A stretch of 35,133 nucleotides of DNA from Limisphaerales bacterium (GTDB lineage Bacteria > Patescibacteriota > JACMRA01). Both the position numbers and the translations under genes were made by a program. Below the pieces are notes generated by a model. The model did no database searches. It was given only the letters and a program-made list of their open reading frames with translations, and was not told the DNA's origin. Shown piece by piece: positions 15,256 to 21,122 of this stretch (position 1 is its first letter; each line of letters starts with the position of its first letter). The stretch is from assembly GCA_044238065.1 (NCBI GenBank), contig JBIIDY010000001.1, positions 1 through 35,133 on the forward strand. The letters are read 5' to 3'.

Positions 15256-15575
15256 ATAAAATTTAATAACTAGGATTTTTCCTTGACATCATTTTAATTT
15301 TCATTCAAACTTCCACCAAGTCCTAAAAAACTTAATTTTACAGATAATAACTAACTGAAAAGGTAAGAAAATCTTTTTTTGAAAATAATTTTTTCGCAAG
15401 TATTTTATTTTTTCTAATTTGATTGTTTTTTTTGGGTTCGCTGCCCAGCTTTTTCTAAAAATCACGGAAAGGCGGAAAATAAAGTTTTAGTATTTTTTCA
15501 TTTTAAATTTTTTACCATTTTTTTGGGACATTTTTGTTTTGATTTCTGTTGTTAACTAAAATTTTCTTGTTCCAT

Positions 15576-15672
15576 TCGGGATCGCGACCCGACCTTTCCC
15601 CGGAAGAAATCTAAATTATAAGGGTGTTTTTTAAGGTGGAGCTTTGTCCGCCCTTATAGCTTAGGTTTTTTT
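15576..15672 (+). other. Locally GC-rich structured segment in a 540-bp non-coding gap
   Basis: Hairpin tcggg-atcgcga-cccga (15576-15592). Long hairpin tataaggg...cccttata (15617-15658) followed by gcttagg and T7. Confidence 0.4.
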
Positions 15673-15742
15673 AAATTTTTTCTATAAGATTTGAAAATCT
15701 AAACGGCTTTTTTTCTCTACCAGTTTGCCACTGGTTTATTTT

Positions 15743-16159
15743 ATGATCAATCTAAAATGGAATTTTTGCTCACCTTTATTACTATCGTTTTTATTACTTT
15801 TTCAATTGCCGTTGGCTACTTTAGCAAATACAAGTAGTCCAGTCAATTATAAATTCATTTGGCCAGAAGGAGTAACGACCCTTCACCAGAAAATTGATGT
15901 GGCTTGTAGGCAGTTTGGCTGCGATGCTAAAAAGCTAAAAGAAGTTGCTTTTTGTGAAAGTACCAACAATCCACTAGCGGTCAATCGCCGTGAACCTGGT
16001 CAGCCTAGCGGACTTTTTCAGTATAAATTACAAACTTGGTTAAATTTTAGTCAAAAATCTGGAATTCCAAATGCTAATATCTGGGACACAGATAGTCAAA
16101 TTTATACCACAGCTTGGGCTTTTTCAAATAATTTAAGTTCACACTGGGCTTGTCTTTAA
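15743..16159 (+). CDS. Secreted lytic-transglycosylase-like (SLT-type) protein
   Basis: The ATG at 15743 gives a signal-peptide-like N-terminus (LLLSFLLLFQLPLATLA). The motif AFCESTNNPLAVN...PSGLFQY resembles the catalytic Glu/GLxQ pattern. Confidence 0.5.
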   Translation: MINLKWNFCSPLLLSFLLLFQLPLATLANTSSPVNYKFIWPEGVTTLHQKIDVACRQFGCDAKKLKEVAFCESTNNPLAVNRREPGQPSGLFQYKLQTWLNFSQKSGIPNANIWDTDSQIYTTAWAFSNNLSSHWACL

Positions 16160-16184
16160 AACTAATTAATCTAAAACCAAAAAT

Positions 16185-16607
16185 ATGCTCCAAGCTAAAT
16201 ACTACCCAAAAAACTACACAGATCAAAAACCAAATTTAGAAAGGATGCATAAATTACATTCTGTATCTAAAACTGAAAAAGCCTATTTGGATGGCTTGGA
16301 GCAAAAACTAGGTCAAAAGATAATAAGACAAGTCGTATTTGGCAAATGGCTCGTGGACGGGCTACTAACCAACTCAAACGTAATTATTGAGTATGACGGC
16401 CCGCAAAATCATCAAAGTCCAAAAAAGCAACTCAAAGATGAAAAACGGGATGATGAATTTTTAAAAATGGGTTTTCAAATCTACCGTCTTCAATGGTATG
16501 AGTTTGTAAAAGATTCTAAACTTTACCAAAAAGCATTAAAAAACGCAGTGGAATTTTCTGCCAAAGATATTTCAATTTTAATCCAATTACAAAATCTTAA
16601 AAACTAA
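16185..16607 (+). CDS. DUF559/Vsr-like restriction-endonuclease-fold protein
   Basis: VDGLLTNSNVIIEYDGPQNH...DEKRDDEFLKMGFQIYRL matches the DUF559 core pattern. Confidence 0.6.
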   Translation: MLQAKYYPKNYTDQKPNLERMHKLHSVSKTEKAYLDGLEQKLGQKIIRQVVFGKWLVDGLLTNSNVIIEYDGPQNHQSPKKQLKDEKRDDEFLKMGFQIYRLQWYEFVKDSKLYQKALKNAVEFSAKDISILIQLQNLKN

Positions 16608-16633
16608 CTTAAAGCTAACCAAACTTTTTTAAT

Positions 16634-16789
16634 ATGCCAGCAAAACCTCACAAACCAACCCAAGAAGAAATGGAAAAATGGTATTTGGCAGAAACAAAGC
16701 CAAGCACACTATTTCCAAAAATAATCACTTTTTTTGTAGCAATCGCATTATTTTCTTTTTTCTCGCTTATTTTAAATAGTGTTTTATGA
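16634..16789 (+). CDS. Small protein with a C-terminal TM helix (51 aa)
   Basis: Hand-translated as MPAKPHKPTQEEMEKWYLAETKPSTLFPKIITFFVAIALFSFFSLILNSVL. It has an ATGA overlap with the next gene and fills an otherwise empty 178-bp gap. Confidence 0.5.
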   Translation: MPAKPHKPTQEEMEKWYLAETKPSTLFPKIITFFVAIALFSFFSLILNSVL

Positions 16790-17172
16790 TTGAAATTGAA
16801 GAATTGGCTAAATATATCAAACCAGATACTAACGGGCTACCAACGCTTTATTACGAGGGTAATTTGAGAAGTCCAGAGCTTCAAGCGGAGTATGAAAAAG
16901 CAGACAAAGCAAAATGGGTTGAGTTTGTTAAAAATAGTTTAAATGATAATTTGTTTTTACCTTTCATCAATAATTTTCCTTACGACTTGGTTAATGCTTA
17001 TCATTTTGTAGTCTGGATAAATCAGAATCATTTGGATAAAATAAAATCAATTTTAGAATTAGTAGCAAAAACTGACTGTGCTGGATTTGAGTATATCTAT
17101 TTCCAACATCAAAGTCAAAATAAGTCTATTAAAAATTTAATTCATTTTCACTTTTTACTCAAAAAATTATGA
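16786..17172 (+). CDS. Hypothetical protein with DUF3605/HIT-like motifs
   Basis: INNFPYDL...YHFVVW and the C-terminal IHFHFLL recall the NDWPY ... HxHx pattern as I remember it. The resemblance is unverified. Confidence 0.3.
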   Translation: MIEIEELAKYIKPDTNGLPTLYYEGNLRSPELQAEYEKADKAKWVEFVKNSLNDNLFLPFINNFPYDLVNAYHFVVWINQNHLDKIKSILELVAKTDCAGFEYIYFQHQSQNKSIKNLIHFHFLLKKL

Positions 17173-17486
17173 TAAACAAAAAAACAATCGCAGAACTTTT
17201 GGGAATGGAAATGCCAAAACCAAAATTTATCAAAGAAGTTAAAATTCGTATCAAACAAGCTAAAATACTCACACCAGAGCAAAAAGCAATGAAAAATAAA
17301 GCCAATGCCGAATGGGCAAGGAAAAAAAGGGCGACTGACCCTGAATATAGAAAAAGGGCAACCGAAGCCAAAAGAAAATATATGGCAAAAGTAATGGCTG
17401 ACCCAATTCGTAGAAAAAAATATAATGAAACCCAGAGAAAAAATATGGCAAAATATAATCAAAAAAAACTTTTACAAACAGCTTAA
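17169..17486 (+). CDS. Highly basic K/R-rich repeat protein (105 aa), probable nucleic-acid binder
   Basis: Repeated DP-x-(Y/I)R(K/R)... RK(Y/N)MAK motifs. ATGA overlap with the upstream gene. Confidence 0.5.
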   Translation: MINKKTIAELLGMEMPKPKFIKEVKIRIKQAKILTPEQKAMKNKANAEWARKKRATDPEYRKRATEAKRKYMAKVMADPIRRKKYNETQRKNMAKYNQKKLLQTA

Positions 17487-17498
17487 TAATTCCAAATT

Positions 17499-17717
17499 AT
17501 GATCAATCAAGGCAAACCAAACATCGCCCAAGTCTTGGGTAAAAACTACAAACCACCAAGACCAAAAACACCAACAAAGCCAAAAGAAAAGCCAAAATGC
17601 CCGTTCTGTGGATCGCAAAATTCCAGACAGAAAAACGAAACAATTTTTAGGAAATGTAAAGATTGTCAACAACTTTTTATAACTCCAAACTCTTTTTTTA
17701 AAAATAAAAAATTCTAG
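17499..17717 (+). CDS. Basic zinc-ribbon protein (72 aa)
   Basis: CPFCGS ... CKDC, i.e. CxxC-N16-CxxC, with a K/P-rich N-terminus. Confidence 0.55.
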   Translation: MINQGKPNIAQVLGKNYKPPRPKTPTKPKEKPKCPFCGSQNSRQKNETIFRKCKDCQQLFITPNSFFKNKKF

Positions 17718-17867
17718 TTATTATCTAATTTATCATATTTTCTCTATGTTCACAAAAAATTACTTGACAAGAAATTTAAAAAGTTTCTTAATACTACCAG
17801 ATGTTAAGTGTAGTAAGAAGGAAAGCCTTACTAGACTTAATGTCTCTGGCGTTCTGCGTCAGCAAAT

Positions 17868-17900
17868 CCCCCTTGTAGCTTTCCACAGGGGGGCTTTTGT
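17868..17900 (+). terminator. Plus-strand intrinsic terminator ending the accessory operon
   Basis: ccccc(t)tgt-agctttcc-aca-ggggg followed by cttttgtcgtt. Two further hairpins precede it at 17811-17833 and 17846-17862. Confidence 0.55.
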
Positions 17901-17946
17901 CGTTCCCAATTATCTAAAAAACTTATATGTCAGATCCACCAAACGC

Positions 17947-17971
17947 AAAAAAACGAGCCCTGAGAAGCTCG
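17947..17971 (-). terminator. Canonical minus-strand intrinsic terminator
   Basis: The minus strand reads cgagc-ttctcagg-gctcg followed by T7 (17953-17947). Confidence 0.65.
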
Positions 17972-17997
17972 CAAAATCAAGATTTAAGAAATTATTC
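17947..17997 (-). ncRNA. Candidate small RNA of about 50 nt (countertranscript or oop-like) upstream of the replication gene
   Basis: Runs from the predicted TSS near 17997 (6 nt after the -10) to the T7 tract. Predicted RNA: GAAUAAUUUCUUAAAUCUUGAUUUUGCGAGCUUCUCAGGGCUCGUUUUUUU. Confidence 0.5.
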
Positions 17998-18003
17998 AAT
18001 CAC

Positions 18004-18032
18004 ATTATATCACAGATTCAACTATTCGTCAA
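18004..18032 (-). promoter_or_regulatory. Near-perfect extended -10 sigma70 promoter on the minus strand
   Basis: The minus strand reads TTGACG (18032-18027), a 17-nt spacer ending in TGa, then TATAAT (18009-18004). Confidence 0.65.
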
Positions 18033-18127
18033 GGGAATTTTTGAGAATGTCAGTTTTAAGCCAAAAAGTCCTGTTTTTTAAAATCAGGCAAACTCTTTTT
18101 ATTTAAATCTTATCTCAAATTATTAGT

Positions 18128-19270
18128 ATGTCCAAAAAGATAACAATCTTACCACAAATCAAAAAGATAAAATCACTAACCCCAACCGAAAAAAAAGTGG
18201 CTAGTGAAATTGCCAGATTCACCAACCAAGACAAATGGTTTTTTAAAGACCTAAACAACTTTGCCTCTGAGCTAGAAGTTAGCAAGGGAACTTTGAAAAA
18301 TGCTTATGTAAAACTTACCAAACTGGAATGGCTAGAAAAAGACAGAAATGGAAAATATTTTGACTATAAAATGACTCAAAAATTCTTTAATTTTGTAGCA
18401 AATTATGAATCAAATAACAGCCATATTTTCGCTCATTTTAGCAAAGAAACAATGACCGATAAATTACCGAATAATGACCGATTGATGACCGATAAATTAC
18501 CGAATAATGACCAGTCCGTGATAAAAATTACCTTTCCGTCCAGTGTGGAAGCGACAAACCAGCCCTCTAATATATTAAATAATGAATGTATTAAGGATTT
18601 AAATAATGAAATGGTGAAACCTCTCTCACCACGACCGACCGCCACACTTTCAAAATTGGAAATTCTAAAACAAGAAATTCAAGCTAACCCACTTTACCCA
18701 AAAATAATTTCACTTTACCCAAAAATTCCAAGCGAGAGATTAGAAACTGAAATAGAATTTGCTTTAACCAAATACATTGAACTTGGACGCACCAGCGGAG
18801 CTTTTAGCTACATCAAATCTTATTTGTCAAATGCTGATTTCAAAGATGTCTTAACCAACAAAAAACTAGAAATTGAAGACGAAATAAATTCAAGGAGAAA
18901 AACTGCCTACGAACAAAAAGCAAGCCAAAATTCAAGCCAAATCACTACCACAAGCCAAATTGAAGTTGATCCAAATGATTTCCAAACTCAAAATGATTTT
19001 GCTAAATTTACTCAAAAATTAGATGCTGAAGGTAAAAGCTACAAAGTTTTAAGAATTAACTTTACTCGTCAAAGGATCTGGGATGAAGCGACTGAAGCAA
19101 ACGAAAAAGCCCCTGTCGCAACACCAGCACCCCAAAAAAGCGAAGCAAAGACACCAATGGAGATAATGATGGAAGCAATGAAAAAATCTAACCCACAACT
19201 AGCACAGCAAATGGAAAGAGGAGCAAAAAACCCTTCTATCAATATCGCTCAAAAACTAGTTCAAAATTAA
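18128..19270 (+). CDS. Putative replication initiator/replisome organiser (N-terminal winged-helix)
   Basis: The N-terminus TPTEKKVASEIARFTNQDKWFFKDLNNFASELEVSKGTLKNAYVKLTKLEWL is wHTH-like. Phased DNA repeats lie inside the gene. It is located ahead of the nucleotide-metabolism genes. Confidence 0.45.
   Translation: MSKKITILPQIKKIKSLTPTEKKVASEIARFTNQDKWFFKDLNNFASELEVSKGTLKNAYVKLTKLEWLEKDRNGKYFDYKMTQKFFNFVANYESNNSHIFAHFSKETMTDKLPNNDRLMTDKLPNNDQSVIKITFPSSVEATNQPSNILNNECIKDLNNEMVKPLSPRPTATLSKLEILKQEIQANPLYPKIISLYPKIPSERLETEIEFALTKYIELGRTSGAFSYIKSYLSNADFKDVLTNKKLEIEDEINSRRKTAYEQKASQNSSQITTTSQIEVDPNDFQTQNDFAKFTQKLDAEGKSYKVLRINFTRQRIWDEATEANEKAPVATPAPQKSEAKTPMEIMMEAMKKSNPQLAQQMERGAKNPSINIAQKLVQN
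18452..18517 (+). repeat. 2 x 33-bp tandem repeat containing five ACCGA motifs at exact 11-bp spacing (iteron-like)
   Basis: ACCGA starts at 18455, 18466, 18477, 18488 and 18499. The repeat encodes MTDKLPNNDRL / MTDKLPNNDQS. Confidence 0.8.
18690..18726 (+). repeat. Two copies of the 16-bp direct repeat cactttacccaaaaat, 21 bp apart
   Basis: Copies at 18690-18705 and 18711-18726, read directly. Confidence 0.8.
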
Positions 19271-19288
19271 ACCAAATTACTAAAAACT

Positions 19289-19999
19289 ATGTCAGAACAA
19301 CCAACCCAAAAAAATTATCTCGTAGAGCAACCACTTGCTAAACTACAATTTATTGATCCAAATACTGAAAAAAGTATTGTCTATAATGCTAGAGTATCAA
19401 ATCCAAGTTCACAAGCACAAGGGCTAAATGATGGCAAACTAATTGCTTATTGTATCAAAAACGGCCACTGGTCAATTTTAGAGCAAGCCAACGCTAGATT
19501 TGAAATTACAACCTCTCGGGCTATTTCTGCCCAAATCCTTAGACACTCATCAATGTCTTTCCAAGAATACAGCCAAAGATATGCTAAAGTCCAATCAGTC
19601 CAGCCAATACAGGTAAGACTACAAGACAACCAAAACCGCCAAAACTCAATTGACGAAGTCCCAGAAAACATAAGCAACCAAGCTGAAAAAATCTATTACG
19701 AAACAATTGACAAAATTGTAACAGCTTATCAAGAAATGCTAGATCTGGGAGTAGCCAAAGAAGTAGCTAGAATGATAATGCCAATGTCCTCAACCACTAA
19801 AATGTATATCAACGGCACAATTAGAAGCTGGGTGCATTATTTAGAAGTTAGAGCCTTTGGCGAGGGTGTCCAGAAAGAGCATAGACAAATAGCAATGTTA
19901 ATCTGCGAACAATTAGCAAACGAACTACCAATAATCTCAAAGGCTTTAAATTGGAAAGAAAAAATCAAACTAGCAAAATTAAAATTCAATCTAAAATAA
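19289..19999 (+). CDS. thyX: Flavin-dependent thymidylate synthase ThyX
   Basis: The ThyX motif is present as LRHSSMSFQEYSQRY (consensus RHRxxSxxxxSxR, with Ser at the third position). Confidence 0.85.
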   Translation: MSEQPTQKNYLVEQPLAKLQFIDPNTEKSIVYNARVSNPSSQAQGLNDGKLIAYCIKNGHWSILEQANARFEITTSRAISAQILRHSSMSFQEYSQRYAKVQSVQPIQVRLQDNQNRQNSIDEVPENISNQAEKIYYETIDKIVTAYQEMLDLGVAKEVARMIMPMSSTTKMYINGTIRSWVHYLEVRAFGEGVQKEHRQIAMLICEQLANELPIISKALNWKEKIKLAKLKFNLK

Positions 20000-20007
20000 C
20001 CCAAACT

Positions 20008-20262
20008 ATGTCAAACACTACTCACAACTCACCAGCCCTTGAAATAGCAATACTTGCTGAAAAACTACCCAAAACCTACCAAAAAGCACTTTTGAGACTA
20101 GCTAAAACAATGCTAAAACAAAGCGAGAAAGGCAAAGCCAAATATGGGATTGATATTGACCAGAACACAAACCAAAGCCTTAAATACTGGCAAAACCACG
20201 CCGACGAAGAACTGGCAGATTTTCTAGTTTATCAAGAAAAAATTAGAGAGATTACAAAATAA
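20008..20262 (+). CDS. Small MazG-like NTP pyrophosphohydrolase candidate (84 aa)
   Basis: ATG at 20008 after the thyX stop. KYGIDI...YWQNHADEELADFLVYQ resembles the MazG-type helix pattern. Confidence 0.3.
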   Translation: MSNTTHNSPALEIAILAEKLPKTYQKALLRLAKTMLKQSEKGKAKYGIDIDQNTNQSLKYWQNHADEELADFLVYQEKIREITK

Positions 20263-20317
20263 CCACAACTAAGTTTTATAAAAAAGCCCACCTTTTATAA
20301 ACTTATAAAACTAAAAA

Positions 20318-20671
20318 ATGTTAAAACCAAAAATCAGTGAAAGACTACAAAACGATCTTTCAAACAACCAAATCAAAAAACTAGACAGAATCGAATTAGA
20401 AAGACGTCGCCAAAATTCAATTTTTAATAATCTGTTTTTTAGTGAAAAATATCTAATCGCCTTTATAGGGTCGTTAATTGATTTTAACAATTCGCCTATA
20501 AGAGCTTTTTTGGAAAGATGCGAACGAATAGAAAAAAAACACCCAGCCTGGACATTATCCCAAATAGTCAAAGCAGCAGAATTTGGCAAGGGAACGGGAC
20601 CTAAACCAAAATATGAATTACGACCAGAACAGACTAAAAACCTCAAATCAAAGTGGGGTAAATTATCATAA
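20318..20671 (+). CDS. Hypothetical protein immediately upstream of the first late box (candidate regulator)
   Basis: Same orientation and composition as its neighbours, and preferred over the overlapping minus-strand ORF 20311..20730. Confidence 0.5.
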   Translation: MLKPKISERLQNDLSNNQIKKLDRIELERRRQNSIFNNLFFSEKYLIAFIGSLIDFNNSPIRAFLERCERIEKKHPAWTLSQIVKAAEFGKGTGPKPKYELRPEQTKNLKSKWGKLS

Positions 20672-20673
20672 TC

Positions 20674-20690
20674 TTTACACGCCGTATTAG
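20674..20690 (+). promoter_or_regulatory. Conserved 17-bp box TTTACACGCCGTATTAG, copy 2 (ahead of terS)
   Basis: TTTACA, a 17-nt spacer, TATTGT (20697-20702), then exactly 6 nt before the ATG at 20709. Confidence 0.6.
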
Positions 20691-20708
20691 AAAAGGTATT
20701 GTTAAGAT

Positions 20709-21122
20709 ATGAGATTAGAGAACCCATCACACGAGGCTTTTTGTCTTGAATATATGAAAAATGGCTTTAACGCGACTAGAGCCTATATGTCTGTTTATCC
20801 AGATACAAAAGAACCATCAGCAAGAGCCAGTGCAAGTGAATTGCTAACAAATCTTAACATCACCAAAAGAATAACCGAAATACAAGATGAATTAGCGGAA
20901 AACTGGGGCATAGACATTCAAGAAGTGGTTAATTCAATCAAAAAAACAAGGGCATCAGCAAAATCTCAAAATGACTTTAACGCCTCACTAAAAGCCGATG
21001 ATATGCTACTGAAAATAAGAGGCGGTTATGCGGTTGAAAAGAAAGAATTCATTACTCCACAATTCCCAACTCAAATCAATTTTCAACTTTTAGAACAATT
21101 AGATGAGCCAAACAAACCTTAA
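20709..21122 (+). CDS. terS: Terminase small subunit
   Basis: HEAFCLEYMKNGFNATRAYMSVYP...SARASASELLTNLNITKRI is the Terminase_2-type N-terminal pattern. It overlaps terL. Confidence 0.75.
   Translation: MRLENPSHEAFCLEYMKNGFNATRAYMSVYPDTKEPSARASASELLTNLNITKRITEIQDELAENWGIDIQEVVNSIKKTRASAKSQNDFNASLKADDMLLKIRGGYAVEKKEFITPQFPTQINFQLLEQLDEPNKP

Noticed and set aside
15431-15592. tRNA gene or tRNA 3' fragment (attP core) in the 15.2-15.7 kb gap
   Set aside because: The hairpins tggg-ttcgctg-ccca and tcggg-atcgcga-cccga superficially resemble T-arms. Their 7-nt loops do not fit the TTCRANY consensus (no A58 equivalent), and no D-arm, anticodon arm or acceptor pairing could be built. I found no convincing tRNA anywhere in the window by eye, so a tRNAscan run would be the proper check.
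17746-18081. ORF-track protein of 111 aa between the zinc-ribbon gene and the replication gene
   Set aside because: It spans three plus-strand hairpins ending in a terminator (17811-17900), a canonical minus-strand terminator (17947-17971) and a consensus minus-strand promoter (18004-18032). Its composition (C, F, R, V-rich) is unlike the K/E/N-rich proteins of this genome. I treat the region as regulatory or RNA-coding.
18452-18517. CRISPR-like array
   Set aside because: There are only two directly abutting 33-bp units with no spacers, they lie inside a coding region, and no cas genes are present. I interpret them as iteron-like repeats instead. No CRISPR array exists in the window.
20311-20730. 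139-aa minus-strand ORF overlapping 20318..20671 and the terS start
   Set aside because: It is the antisense shadow of a plus-strand gene in an otherwise uniformly plus-strand block. It is rich in Leu, Ser, Phe and Cys and would run across the conserved late box and the terS start.
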